Source of the DNA: a virus
Lineage: Duplodnaviria; Caudoviricetes
Virus record (IMG/VR): IMGVR_UViG_3300021091_000001
Span: 64,001-128,000 of that record
DNA: 64,000 bases
Reading direction: 5' to 3' (one strand)
This document shows, one piece after another, positions 25,931 through 35,631 of the stretch (positions are counted from its first letter, which is position 1; each line of letters begins with the position of its first letter). The translations under genes were made by a program, and so were the position numbers. The notes below the pieces were generated by a model that did no database searches, was not told where the DNA came from, and was given only the letters and a program-made list of their open reading frames with translations.

Positions 25931-28225
25931 TCATTTATCGTTTTGTATCATTGCATTTAGGTAGTGTATGGCAAAAGCAATACTGGTAGCTATAACAGTG
26001 ATCCTTCTGGTATCTCCAGAAAGAGTGGCAAACACTATTACTGTACCTGATATAGTAAAGGCTAATGCTGCAGTTTCCTTTGCAAATTTCTTGATAAAGC
26101 CCAAAGGACTAAATCTTTTTTCCATGGTTCCCTCCGTGTATTTAAATATACTGTTACGAGTAAAATTACTTTCTTCTTCGTCCCCTTCTGGACCCTCTAT
26201 TTCGGCTTCCTCTTCTTCCTCTTCTGGCTCATCTTCTTTTCTGGCAGCATTATTTGAGCTTGATTGACCAGGCCCGTCACCACCAGACGGAGAAGGGTTG
26301 CGGGAAGCTGTTCCACCAGATCCGCTAGTTGCAGCTCCGGCAGTTATTGTTGAAAGAACGGTTGTGGCAGCTATTAAAGTCCTTCTAGTTCCAACATCAA
26401 TATTAGAACCAACTGGCACATAGTCATCAAATCCTTCAGCATAGATATTAATCTCTTCCTCAAAAACGTTCTTAACTTCTTGCGAGGCATTTTGAATAGC
26501 TTCAGTAATTTCAGACTTTTGCTCATCTGTTATATTACCTGCATCAACTGCATCAAATATTTTAGCTGCTTGTTCAGCTGTAACTGACTCTAAAACTTCT
26601 GAAGAAGTAGCAAGTTCAGTAGCTACTTCTGAGTCTAGCTTTTCTGCTTCAATAAGAGTATCAACCAACTCAACGACTTGCTCTTCTGTTGCGTCTCCGC
26701 TAGTTAAAAGATCTACCAGTTGATTGGTTACTTCATCAGTGATTTCAATATCACCAGATGTAATTCCATCCAAGACAGCATCAACCTCTTCTGGTGTAAC
26801 TTCTCCATCTAAAACTTCATCTAAATTATCAACGGTAACCTGAACAGTTCCTTCATTTGGCGTTTCTGGATCAGGTTCTGGTACTGTAGTTTGATCTTCT
26901 GGTTGAACCTCAGTTGTTGTCGTTGTATCTAGCTCTTGTTCTGGCTCTGTGGTGGTTGTTATTTCAGGTTCAGTGGTAGTCGTGGTTCCAGTGGGTGGTG
27001 ATTCTGGAACTGTAGTGGTTGTTTGAGGAACAGTTGTGGTGGTTGTTTCAGGAACAGTTGTGGTGGTTGTTTCAGGAACAGTTGTGGTGGTTGTTTCGGG
27101 AACGGTTGTAGTGGTTGTTTCAGGAACGGTTGTAGTGGTTGTTTCAGGAACGGTTGTAGTGGTTGTTTCAGGAACGGTTGTGGTTGTAGTGGTAGTAGGT
27201 GGAATAGTAGTTGTAGTAGTAGTTGTAGTGGTTGTCGTTGTAGTAGTAGTTGTAGTGGTTGTCGTTGTAGTAGTAGTGGTAGTAGTGGGCGGAGTAGGGT
27301 CAATCACCACAGCATCAACAGTTGCCTGGGGCCCGTACATACAGGACCCAGCACCCTCTCCGACGCATGGGGCTGTTCCTGCCTGAATCTTAAATCTGAC
27401 TGGTCCGTATCCAGTTGTTCCAGGCCACATCCATGGGCCGAGGCTGTATGAAGTATTTACGGCGTATGTCCACACTCCCCAACCACCAGCTTCTACCCCA
27501 TCAACGAGGTCATAAAACAAAATGTTGTACATATATGGGGCAGTGTTGCTTGGTGTTGGGGCGTTCCAACTCAAAACAACATTTCCATCGTTGTCTGCCA
27601 CTGCTGTGAGATTTTGAACAGAGTTAAAGTATGGCGCTATCGTTGTAGTTGTAGTACTGGTAGTAGTCGTGGTTGGCACAACGACAGTCTTTGTAAAAGC
27701 AGAGGCGGGAACTACCTGCCATCCCGAACCTATATCCCAGTAGAGAGTCGTATTGGCTCCGCCACCATTTTCGTAATACCAATATGTGATTGGCTTGGAA
27801 ACTCCAGCGGTAAAAGAAACGTACTGTGACGGGTTGCCCCAGCCGCCCTTGTCAACCCAGTTGTTGTCTATCAAAACATTGTCTATATAGAGTTTGCTTC
27901 CGTCATCCGCAGCGGGCAAGAACCTAAACGAGCCAGTCACGGGCAGGGTTATGTGACCTTCATACTTAACAATAAAGTCTTCATACATGTTGAACAGCGG
28001 TGCACTGTCAAAGCTCTGATTAATCTGAGTGAGAGTGGTGGTTCCAACGACCGGACGACCGGTGACCGTGGGGAGTGGAGGCGAATTGTTGTAGCCAAAG
28101 TTGTTGTAAACGGTTACATTAAGTCCTGGTTCGACTTGAGCAGAAGCAGAAAAATTTGGAAAAATAATACCAATAAAAAAGAGTACGCCAAGAATCCAGG
28201 AACCTTTTTGTAGTTTGATTCGCAT
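25931..28225 (-). CDS. membrane-anchored surface protein: signal peptide, PA14, FN3-like, Thr-rich stalk, C-terminal TM helices
   Basis: N-terminal hydrophobic leader; F.VKYEGHI...AADDGSKLYID...YYENGGG (PA14); VQNLTA...LSWNAP; hydrophobic C-terminus. Confidence 0.85.
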   Translation of the reverse strand: MRIKLQKGSWILGVLFFIGIIFPNFSASAQVEPGLNVTVYNNFGYNNSPPLPTVTGRPVVGTTTLTQINQSFDSAPLFNMYEDFIVKYEGHITLPVTGSFRFLPAADDGSKLYIDNVLIDNNWVDKGGWGNPSQYVSFTAGVSKPITYWYYENGGGANTTLYWDIGSGWQVVPASAFTKTVVVPTTTTTSTTTTTIAPYFNSVQNLTAVADNDGNVVLSWNAPTPSNTAPYMYNILFYDLVDGVEAGGWGVWTYAVNTSYSLGPWMWPGTTGYGPVRFKIQAGTAPCVGEGAGSCMYGPQATVDAVVIDPTPPTTTTTTTTTTTTTTTTTTTTTTTTTTTIPPTTTTTTTVPETTTTTVPETTTTTVPETTTTTVPETTTTTVPETTTTTVPETTTTTVPQTTTTVPESPPTGTTTTTEPEITTTTEPEQELDTTTTTEVQPEDQTTVPEPDPETPNEGTVQVTVDNLDEVLDGEVTPEEVDAVLDGITSGDIEITDEVTNQLVDLLTSGDATEEQVVELVDTLIEAEKLDSEVATELATSSEVLESVTAEQAAKIFDAVDAGNITDEQKSEITEAIQNASQEVKNVFEEEINIYAEGFDDYVPVGSNIDVGTRRTLIAATTVLSTITAGAATSGSGGTASRNPSPSGGDGPGQSSSNNAARKEDEPEEEEEEAEIEGPEGDEEESNFTRNSIFKYTEGTMEKRFSPLGFIKKFAKETAALAFTISGTVIVFATLSGDTRRITVIATSIAFAIHYLNAMIQNDK
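27013..27290. repeat. 24-bp coding tandem repeats (TTTTTVPE) plus poly-Thr
   Basis: About 7 copies of gtggtggttgtttcaggaacagtt-type units, then gta/gtg/gtt triplet runs. Confidence 0.95.
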
Positions 28226-28294
28226 TTTTATCCCTCTAGGTAGTCATATCTTATAGTAATGAGCAAACTGAAATATATTGCTATGACACAAAGA

Positions 28295-28328
28295 GAAAAG
28301 CCCCAGCAGATTCATTTCTGCTGGGGCT
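28295..28328 (-). terminator. intrinsic terminator after the endolysin
   Basis: AGCCCCAGCAGA/TCTGCTGGGGCT 12-bp stem with a U tract on the - strand. Confidence 0.85.
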
Positions 28329-28409
28329 CAGCGCCGGCCTCCGTACTAGTTATTATATCACATGATGTTACTCACGAGTGTCTACTAGTGTCAATAAGTT
28401 CTTCCTGGT

Positions 28410-29192
28410 TTAGTCTAGATCAAGAATAGCAAATACTTTTGCACCAGCAATAGTATCATTATTCAAACCATTAACTCCTTTGAGCTTACGTACAGCTTCT
28501 CCAGTTGCTGCATCGTAAGTACCAGTTGCTTCACCTGCATAGAAGCCAGCCTTTTTCAAAGCCGCTTGAAGTCTTTTGACATCTTCCCCAGTAGAACCAA
28601 CATTAAGCTTATCTCTCATTGGAACTTCTGCAACTTCTCCTGCAGCTGGTGCACCACCCGCAAAAGCTTGTGGCTGTTTATCACCTAGGCAATACTGCCA
28701 GTGCCATGCCTCATACTCTGGGTTGGGCTTGCCATCTGCTTTAGTGGGAGCTCCCTGCAAATAGAAACCATATCTAGGAGCGTTCTCACACATCCACTTA
28801 TATCTCTTTGTATCCTGCATATTGAGATCTATTGCAAGACCAAGACCATGATTTGACGTGCCGGGAGTGCCAGAAGGACTCATGCCTTCCTTAAGATACC
28901 ATGTCTTACCCTGGTAGGTACGAGTAATTTCTGGACTACGCTTAGTCTTTTTGTCATCATAGCGAGACATAAACATTGAAAGCTGTGCCTCAAATGGACG
29001 ATAGTCGCCAATATTCTGAAGCTTATGACCAGCCTTTACTGCTTCGTCATATAGTGCATTAAAAGCGTTTGCTGCTTTAACCCACATCTGACCACCACAT
29101 TTTACTTTAGCTAATTGATTAGGTTTTAGCTTGCCATTCTCTACATTTTGTAGTTCTTTTGGTATAACCATTTTTTGTACTGGGTGTTCCAT
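28410..29192 (-). CDS. endolysin: M15/VanY-like peptidase plus peptidoglycan-binding domain
   Basis: YRP...Q...PGTSNHGLGLAIDL...EAWHWQY; C-terminal G.DVKRLQ.AL...G.Y...T..AV..L...NGL..D.IAG. Confidence 0.9.
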   Translation of the reverse strand: MEHPVQKMVIPKELQNVENGKLKPNQLAKVKCGGQMWVKAANAFNALYDEAVKAGHKLQNIGDYRPFEAQLSMFMSRYDDKKTKRSPEITRTYQGKTWYLKEGMSPSGTPGTSNHGLGLAIDLNMQDTKRYKWMCENAPRYGFYLQGAPTKADGKPNPEYEAWHWQYCLGDKQPQAFAGGAPAAGEVAEVPMRDKLNVGSTGEDVKRLQAALKKAGFYAGEATGTYDAATGEAVRKLKGVNGLNNDTIAGAKVFAILDLD

Positions 29193-30002
29193 TTATTCTC
29201 CTTGGAAACTGGGTAACTTGACATCTATAGTAATCAAATTATGAATATTTTTTAAGACAGTTTCAGGATATGTGTGATCTATTTCTTGATATTTTAGCGG
29301 AAATCTATCAAATGGGTCAATTCCATATTTAATTCTATTCATTATTGATTCATAAGATTTAAACTCTTCTTTATCATATTCTGTATGAGCAAAAGATTCT
29401 ATTTTATTTTTAATATTATCTTCTTCCCCAAAGAATGAAAAATGCCATCCCCCATTAGGGATCAATGGCAGCTGCATCGACCTTAATTCTTGAGGAGTCT
29501 TGGATAAGATGTGTTGTTTTTTGCAAACCACAGGTCTTGCTCCCTGATTACAGTGTTGAGGTACTTGCCAATGATAATTCCAAAAGTATTGATTTACATC
29601 TAATCTCACTGGAATATAATCTATTTTAAGGCTAGATACTGTTTTAGTATTCCATATTTCATCCACATCTGAAATGATGATTAGGTCATTATCATATATA
29701 TCTAGGTTATTTAACGCACCAAGTATAGAATTTCTTTGCAAGTATTCCCTATCCCACGAAGAAAGGTTTTCTTGATCAAGAAAAACTCTATGTATAATAA
29801 TTTTTTCATACCATTTAGATATATCTTCTAAAATATTGTCTAGATAAAATGGTTTATTTTTTCCCGTAAAAGTTTGAGACGCCTCTACGATTACAAAATA
29901 ATCTACATGATCACCAAGTTCTTCAAGCCTTAGCTTGAGAATTTCATATTCATTGAAATATGTAAAACAATCAAATATTTTCATATATAAAAACTTCTTC
30001 AT
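29193..30002 (-). CDS. GT17-like glycosyltransferase
   Basis: FDCFTYFNE...L.LRL.EL...VDYFVIVE...TFTG...SDVDEI...GGWHFSF. Confidence 0.85.
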   Translation of the reverse strand: MKKFLYMKIFDCFTYFNEYEILKLRLEELGDHVDYFVIVEASQTFTGKNKPFYLDNILEDISKWYEKIIIHRVFLDQENLSSWDREYLQRNSILGALNNLDIYDNDLIIISDVDEIWNTKTVSSLKIDYIPVRLDVNQYFWNYHWQVPQHCNQGARPVVCKKQHILSKTPQELRSMQLPLIPNGGWHFSFFGEEDNIKNKIESFAHTEYDKEEFKSYESIMNRIKYGIDPFDRFPLKYQEIDHTYPETVLKNIHNLITIDVKLPSFQGE

Positions 30003-30459
30003 TAGAAAACATAGAATATTTTTTTGCCTCTCTTGTTAAAGATTCATTTAAGTCAAGATAGGAATTAATACAAGAAGCCCATTTACCAGGATTAACAATA
30101 AACGTATGTCCGCCAGACCTAAGTATACCCCTGATCTGTTCTCCTATAAATTTATAATTATTATTAGATAATTCTGGATTATAGTCTACAGATATAAATA
30201 GATCAGCATAATTATACCCCATGTATGGAGCGTTCAATCCTATTTCCCAGTAAGCTATTCCATCAATATGCTGCTGACTGTTTCTTTCAGTGTGCAATAT
30301 AAAGCTACCCATAGAGTGTTCACTGTTTGCCATAATGCTTCTTAGTTCAGAAGATTTATATAAATCTCCATATATAACTATATTAGATCTATTTATAAAT
30401 AAGTCTCTAATTATGTGACAAAGAAAATTGTTATTCATACTACAATGGCTTTTTGGCAT
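29971..30459 (-). CDS. hypothetical protein, possibly a degenerate methyltransferase (start probably 30438)
   Basis: 'ILRSGG..FI' MTase-like motif. Confidence 0.55.
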   Translation of the reverse strand: MPKSHCSMNNNFLCHIIRDLFINRSNIVIYGDLYKSSELRSIMANSEHSMGSFILHTERNSQQHIDGIAYWEIGLNAPYMGYNYADLFISVDYNPELSNNNYKFIGEQIRGILRSGGHTFIVNPGKWASCINSYLDLNESLTREAKKYSMFSNEEVFIYENI

Positions 30460-30976
30460 CTACTTTCAGCCAACCCCATTCATCTCCTCTTTGAATATCA
30501 ATAATCTCAAAACCCATATTTTTAAAATCATCTTCCAACATTCTATGAGTTAGGCCTACAAAATGAAAATCAAAAGGATTAAGCTGTTCAGCAAAAAAAA
30601 TCTGCTGCATTCTTCTGTCTCCCTCTAAAGAGTCCCAACTAAGTATTTGCTGACAAGCAAGCAAAAAATCTGGTACTTCAATCCTAATCATTCCACCTGG
30701 CTTAACTATTCTGCACCATTCAGCAAGAACGCTTTGATATTCTTTCCATGGAAAGTGTTCCAGACATTCTGAATTGTAAACTATATCAGCATACCCATCT
30801 GGAAGATTTATTTTTCTAGCATCACAAACAACATCTACTGGAACATATCTTCTATTTACGTGATCATACAAAGGAGTTGGATCTATATCTATATGAGTCC
30901 AATCAGGTCCAAGGTATGTTCTTGTACCTATTACAACTTTAGTTCCCTCACCTTGGGGAATTGTTTCTAATCTCAT
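30440..30976 (-). CDS. class I SAM-dependent methyltransferase-like protein
   Basis: D...DAR...LPDG.ADIVY.SE.LEH.P...EW.RIVKPGG.I.I.VPD. Confidence 0.85.
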   Translation of the reverse strand: MRLETIPQGEGTKVVIGTRTYLGPDWTHIDIDPTPLYDHVNRRYVPVDVVCDARKINLPDGYADIVYNSECLEHFPWKEYQSVLAEWCRIVKPGGMIRIEVPDFLLACQQILSWDSLEGDRRMQQIFFAEQLNPFDFHFVGLTHRMLEDDFKNMGFEIIDIQRGDEWGWLKVDAKKPL

Positions 30977-30981
30977 TTTTC

Positions 30982-31533
30982 CTAAGTTCTTAGTGGCCAG
31001 AATGGCATCTTGAGTAGTTCGATATCTTTTAGATATGGATTTGTATTATCTCTTGTAGATAAAATTGGATTTTGAACAGACCAATCAGCGTTTATTTTTG
31101 GATCATCCCACGCAACTCCCAATTCATCTGCTTGATTATAATAGTTGTCTACTAGATAAGTCAATATCATGTCAGTAGTAGCAGAAAAACCATGGGCAAC
31201 TCCTGGTGGAATATATAACCCAAGATTATTATCTCCAGTTAAATCTATAGAATAGATCTCCCCTTCTGTTGGAGAACCTATTCTTAAATCGTAAAGAATA
31301 GCTCTTGCTTCTCCGTATGGAACATACCAGTAATCTGATTGATGCAGATGATAGTGAAAACCTGCTAGTGCACCAGCTGATTTAGAAGACCTATTTGTTT
31401 GAATGACTTCTCTGGCTCCTGGTATCCAATCTCTTCTATAAGACTCAGTAAAGAATCCCCTATCATCGCCAAATTTTTGCGGCTCCACTAAATATGCATT
31501 TGCTATGCAGAGTTCTTGTACTTTTGCGCCCAT
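30982..31533 (-). CDS. rmlC: dTDP-4-dehydrorhamnose 3,5-epimerase
   Basis: FGDDRGFF.E, QTN.S.S..G.L.G.HYH, YDLR.GSPT, PPGVAHGF. Confidence 0.92.
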   Translation of the reverse strand: MGAKVQELCIANAYLVEPQKFGDDRGFFTESYRRDWIPGAREVIQTNRSSKSAGALAGFHYHLHQSDYWYVPYGEARAILYDLRIGSPTEGEIYSIDLTGDNNLGLYIPPGVAHGFSATTDMILTYLVDNYYNQADELGVAWDDPKINADWSVQNPILSTRDNTNPYLKDIELLKMPFWPLRT

Positions 31534-32393
31534 TAAATTACTCTTCCTCTATAAAGATGTTGCCATCTTGGAACTTTTATTAAATCAACTTCTCTTCCTA
31601 ATCCAGCTATAAATAGAGTCTCTGGATTATCATTTAATCCCTGAAGTTCTGGTTGAAGTTGGTACCATTCTTCCATATATATGGCAGTCCAATCTTCAAA
31701 TCGTGTTACATTAGGGCTGTGGTAAGTTACATGTGGACCTACATAGTATCTATTCCATTTGTTAACCCAATTGACAACACCTTGATTAATTCTTTCTTGA
31801 GATGCAGGATCCCTAGTGCTGCTGGCATCATGGTGAACTAAAACAGATGAGTCAGCAACTATTCTCCAACCACCAAGTCTAATTCTTGTTTGATAATCGA
31901 CCTCTTCTTGGTGACCTATCTCTGTATCAAAACCACCAATTTCTTTATATCTTTGCCTATTTAGCATCCAGCAGAATCCAACTCCCCAAAGTATTTCTGT
32001 ATATCTTGGTCTTTGAATTGGATATGCTCCGCCATTTGGAAATGCCATAGCAACTTCGTGATTAGATTCCAAATAAGATGCTAACTTTAGGTCCCAACCT
32101 GGAGTATGTATATATGCATCGTTGTCTATGTAGGCAACGTTGTTAGTTTCTGCCCATTCCAATATTGTATTAACAGCTCCTGGATATCTAAGATTCTCCT
32201 CTAAAAATAAAGGAATAATTCTATTGTCTTCTGCTGCGTGTTTTTCTATAACTGGTCTAACTTCTGAATCTGGAGAATTATTATCAACAACTAAAAGTCT
32301 CCAGTCCGATTGTGAATTCTGCCTAATTAATCTTATACATTGATCTAACTTATGCGGGTTATTATAACTCGCAATACCCATATCTATTCTCAT
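31533..32393 (-). CDS. GT2 family glycosyltransferase
   Basis: SYN...VVDNNSPD...N..Y.G.VN...DND...GGFD..E.DY..R. Confidence 0.85.
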   Translation of the reverse strand: MRIDMGIASYNNPHKLDQCIRLIRQNSQSDWRLLVVDNNSPDSEVRPVIEKHAAEDNRIIPLFLEENLRYPGAVNTILEWAETNNVAYIDNDAYIHTPGWDLKLASYLESNHEVAMAFPNGGAYPIQRPRYTEILWGVGFCWMLNRQRYKEIGGFDTEIGHQEEVDYQTRIRLGGWRIVADSSVLVHHDASSTRDPASQERINQGVVNWVNKWNRYYVGPHVTYHSPNVTRFEDWTAIYMEEWYQLQPELQGLNDNPETLFIAGLGREVDLIKVPRWQHLYRGRVI

Positions 32394-33127
32394 GGCTTAA
32401 TCCACCATTGACCATTATCATGAAGAACAAAACCTATCTTCTGCATAGTGGGGATCCATTCTGTCTCATACTTATTATTTATTGAAAGATGCATTGGTAT
32501 AGAATCACCATGCTCTGCATCACCAATACCAAAAGCATTTTGTGCTATAAACGCACCATTCTTTTTTAAACATTTAAAAACAGCAACACACCATTCTTCA
32601 ACATTGATAACATGCTCTAAGAAATCAAGTGCTACCACTGCATCAAACTGATTGGTACCTAACTTGGGCATGAAATTGTCTGTAAATAGAGTCGATATTT
32701 TTAACTCAGGATTTTTAGAGAATCTAAACTGTGCAAAACTTGCCGTTTTACTATTTTCTAGATCGTGGTATGTAACATTAATTTGTTTTTTAGCCATAGC
32801 TAAACTAAGGGTTCCAATTCCATCTCCTATGTTTAGGACATTTTTTCTATCAGTATGAAATAATCCTAAAGATATTCCTTCGCACATTCCAGAATAATTA
32901 AAGCCATTGTCTAAATGGTAAGTAGATAGCTCCCAAATATATGCGGTGGTATTCCTATACCAATTAAGTAGTGAATCTGGATTATTAGTATCTGTATTGT
33001 TTGATTTAAAATCTTCTGCAACCATGGCATGGTTTGCGTGAAAGCCTAAAGATAATCTATTTCTAGCTTCGCTCTCTTGAATACCTAAAAATTCTGCTAT
33101 GTGTGCTGACTGTATATCTAAATTCAT
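32390..33127 (-). CDS. class I SAM-dependent methyltransferase
   Basis: VLNIGDGIG, FDAVVALDFLEHV, LKKNG. Confidence 0.82.
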   Translation of the reverse strand: MNLDIQSAHIAEFLGIQESEARNRLSLGFHANHAMVAEDFKSNNTDTNNPDSLLNWYRNTTAYIWELSTYHLDNGFNYSGMCEGISLGLFHTDRKNVLNIGDGIGTLSLAMAKKQINVTYHDLENSKTASFAQFRFSKNPELKISTLFTDNFMPKLGTNQFDAVVALDFLEHVINVEEWCVAVFKCLKKNGAFIAQNAFGIGDAEHGDSIPMHLSINNKYETEWIPTMQKIGFVLHDNGQWWIKP

Positions 33128-33999
33128 TTTTTAGCTTTCTTCCATTCTAAGTAAGATCTTTTTAATCCGTCTGCGTATTCTGTTTTATAAATAGATTGTC
33201 CACTTTCCCATGATGTATCAGCTGGTCTTTTTATATGATTTGGAAAATCTAGATAAGAAGCTGGTTCCACTATTATATCCTCTTCTATAAATGATTGGAT
33301 ATCTTTAGCTATTGAAAATCTAGAGCAAGTAATGGGATTTCCTAGGTGAAATATTTTATCATTATACTCACTAAAGTTTTCTACTATATCCCAAAGAACG
33401 TCTGCTACATCAAAGGCAAAGACTGGGGAGAAATATCTATCGTCTACCTGTTTTTGATTAGTTGTCTCAAAAATCATTTCTAGTGGATTTTTTCTTCCAA
33501 CATTTTGAAATGGTCTAGTGCCCAAAACAAATGTCGACCTAACAACTTTGGCATTTTTATATTGCAGTACAAGTGTTTCAGCTAAAGCTTTTTGTCTCCC
33601 ATAAAATGTAATTGGGTCTGGCAAAGAGCATGGATTGTATGGAGGATTATCTCCACTAAAAATTCCTTGCGTACTTACCTGAACTACATCCGCTTTATTG
33701 TTAGCAGCCCACTTACAAATGTTCACTGGTAGAGTTACATTTGAATCATAATATTTATTAGGATCTAATTCAACTTTGTCTACGGTATTTTCTCCAGCCA
33801 AATTAACAATAACATTTGGGTTGAATCTATCTAAGAAGTGATTAACATTTTGCCTATTAATATCAAAGTCAATCCAAACTTCAAAGGACTCTCTTGATCT
33901 TCTAGTATAAATTGCATCTAGATTGTTAGGTTGATTGATGATCATATGCTGACCAATAATTCCACCAGCACCAAATACTACGACTTTTTTATTGTGCAC
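33124..33999 (-). CDS. RmlD-like NAD(P)-dependent sugar reductase/epimerase
   Basis: GAGGIIG, VNLAG, QVST, YGRQK (YxxxK), DRYFSP. Confidence 0.85.
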   Translation of the reverse strand: MHNKKVVVFGAGGIIGQHMIINQPNNLDAIYTRRSRESFEVWIDFDINRQNVNHFLDRFNPNVIVNLAGENTVDKVELDPNKYYDSNVTLPVNICKWAANNKADVVQVSTQGIFSGDNPPYNPCSLPDPITFYGRQKALAETLVLQYKNAKVVRSTFVLGTRPFQNVGRKNPLEMIFETTNQKQVDDRYFSPVFAFDVADVLWDIVENFSEYNDKIFHLGNPITCSRFSIAKDIQSFIEEDIIVEPASYLDFPNHIKRPADTSWESGQSIYKTEYADGLKRSYLEWKKAKK

Positions 34000-34225
34000 T
34001 GTCTTTTCGCCATTTCCACATATTTATGCAGTTTACACACTGCCATAGAAACCACAATGCTAAAAATCCTGGCTTATTAAATATAAGAGAATAGACAAAC
34101 CAAGGAATAGAATGTAGTGAAACTATTAAATGACCATACCATTTTTTGTTTCCAATAAAATACATCCCACTAGCACCAATTAGTCCCATAAAAAATAGAA
34201 GCCATGTCCAAACAGTTTCGCTCAC
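33989..34225 (-). CDS. small multi-TM membrane protein (PnuC-like)
   Basis: Trp-rich hydrophobic helices. Confidence 0.65.
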   Translation of the reverse strand: MSETVWTWLLFFMGLIGASGMYFIGNKKWYGHLIVSLHSIPWFVYSLIFNKPGFLALWFLWQCVNCINMWKWRKDSAQ

Positions 34226-34623
34226 AAAGAAGTGCCTTTTTCAATAAGTTCAAATCCATTTTCTCTATCATAGAATAGATAATCATACGAATAGAAGTTA
34301 AAAAACTTATCTAAATCTTCTATAACCTTTTTAGAATCAAGTGCACCACAAGTATAAACATCAAACTGTAAAAGTGCTGGATATTGTTCATCCCAAACAT
34401 GAAACGCTATATGTGATGTTTCTATCATCACTACTGCAGTTGAACCTCTATTGCCAATTTGATTTACATATGAAGAGAATGGACCTTGTAGTATCTTCAT
34501 ATTCAATGAGTCTACGAACTGTTCCAACCAGTCAATAACTTGCATGGGAGATTTTGGTGCATTGTTAATTTTTGCTCTTAACATCAAGTGCTTATGAAAA
34601 GGCTTTTTTATATCGTACGTCAT
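34222..34623 (-). CDS. speD: pyruvoyl-dependent SAM-decarboxylase-family proenzyme
   Basis: IETSHIAFHVWDE self-cleavage motif, FDVYTC. Confidence 0.85.
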   Translation of the reverse strand: MTYDIKKPFHKHLMLRAKINNAPKSPMQVIDWLEQFVDSLNMKILQGPFSSYVNQIGNRGSTAVVMIETSHIAFHVWDEQYPALLQFDVYTCGALDSKKVIEDLDKFFNFYSYDYLFYDRENGFELIEKGTSL

Positions 34624-34737
34624 CTGGTTCCTTCTGTAATAGAAGGAATATTATAGCATACGCAGTCGCAGAATTATCTCTTTATTAAGAGAGATATATA
34701 CATCACTGTAATAAGTAAAATGAATGCTATCAACATA

Positions 34738-34959
34738 TTAATCAAAGCTCATTACTTTATTAATTAAAAAAAAGAGACGCATCAAGTCATTGTTATATAT
34801 ACTATAAACATGACTTGTACCGTCTTTTGACGTTATCGTAAGAGTATGTGCCATCACAAGCTCTCCCTCAGTATTTATCATCGAGGTTTCTTTTGTTAAA
34901 TGAATCTGATTTATCATTGGCATAAAGCCACTAAAAGATTCTTCTGTTTCTTCAAACAT
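34738..34959 (-). CDS. hypothetical protein
   Basis: 73 aa. Confidence 0.7.
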   Translation of the reverse strand: MFEETEESFSGFMPMINQIHLTKETSMINTEGELVMAHTLTITSKDGTSHVYSIYNNDLMRLFFLINKVMSFD

Positions 34960-35237
34960 TATTTTTTCTTTTTACTAAAAGTTGCCACATTCTTTGGAGC
35001 TTGACCCTTGACTCCTTTTGTCGGGGTTCCAGATCTTCTTTTTCTTTGAACTGCGCTTTTTCTTTGCGATGCTGACATAGACTTAGCTTTTGCTGCAGGA
35101 ACACATTTCGCATAGCCTGACCCTCCAGCTCCAGAGGTACCGCATGGTTGGAACTTGCCCTTTTTCTTAGGCGCTCCAATGTTAACCCATTTTTGGTTAA
35201 ACCATTTAGTAAGTCCGACACCCTTTGGGCCAGGCAT
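34959..35237 (-). CDS. small basic protein
   Basis: MPGPKGVGLTKWFNQKW...CG...YAKCVP; start at 35237. Confidence 0.75.
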   Translation of the reverse strand: MPGPKGVGLTKWFNQKWVNIGAPKKKGKFQPCGTSGAGGSGYAKCVPAAKAKSMSASQRKSAVQRKRRSGTPTKGVKGQAPKNVATFSKKKK

Positions 35238-35241
35238 TACT

Positions 35242-35418
35242 TTACTTCTTCTTAGATTTCTTAGTAGATGTAGTTCTCCATCCACCGCCCATTGACTTAT
35301 ACTTCTTTACTGCCCAAGCATTAGCGTAGGCTGAAGGATATACGTCAAATTTAGCTCTTGCCTGGGACTTTGCTGAAGACCAAAGTGCTGGCTTAGTTGG
35401 CTTGTTTACTTTTGCCAT
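35242..35418 (-). CDS. small basic protein
   Basis: MAKVNKPTKPALWS...KFDVYPSAYANAW...GGGW. Confidence 0.8.
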   Translation of the reverse strand: MAKVNKPTKPALWSSAKSQARAKFDVYPSAYANAWAVKKYKSMGGGWRTTSTKKSKKK

Positions 35419-35419
35419 T

Positions 35420-35629
35420 TTACTTCTTCTTTCTTTTAGCTGAAATTTTCCTAAGAGTCTTAGCCAAGTTGGCTTGACGAACAGTAGTTGGACTATACCT
35501 GCTAGGGTTCTTGGTAACAGCAGATGCCATTCCAGCAACTGATTTACCAGCTTTCTTAGCTTTAGCAGTGAATGCGCCTGGTCGCTTAATTGCTCCCTGG
35601 ATCCACTTCTTATCCTTCTTGGCTGCCAA
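35420..35629 (-). CDS. small basic protein
   Basis: KWIQGAIKRPGAF...QANLAKTLRK; TTG start. Confidence 0.8.
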   Translation of the reverse strand: MAAKKDKKWIQGAIKRPGAFTAKAKKAGKSVAGMASAVTKNPSRYSPTTVRQANLAKTLRKISAKRKKK

Positions 35630-35631
35630 TA

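Noticed and set aside
26959-27451. ORF-track entries such as poly-V, RNSCGGCF and LQPFLKQP repeats, or a CRISPR-like array
   Set aside because: These are alternative-frame or antisense readings of the 24-bp Thr-rich coding repeat; there are no unique spacers.
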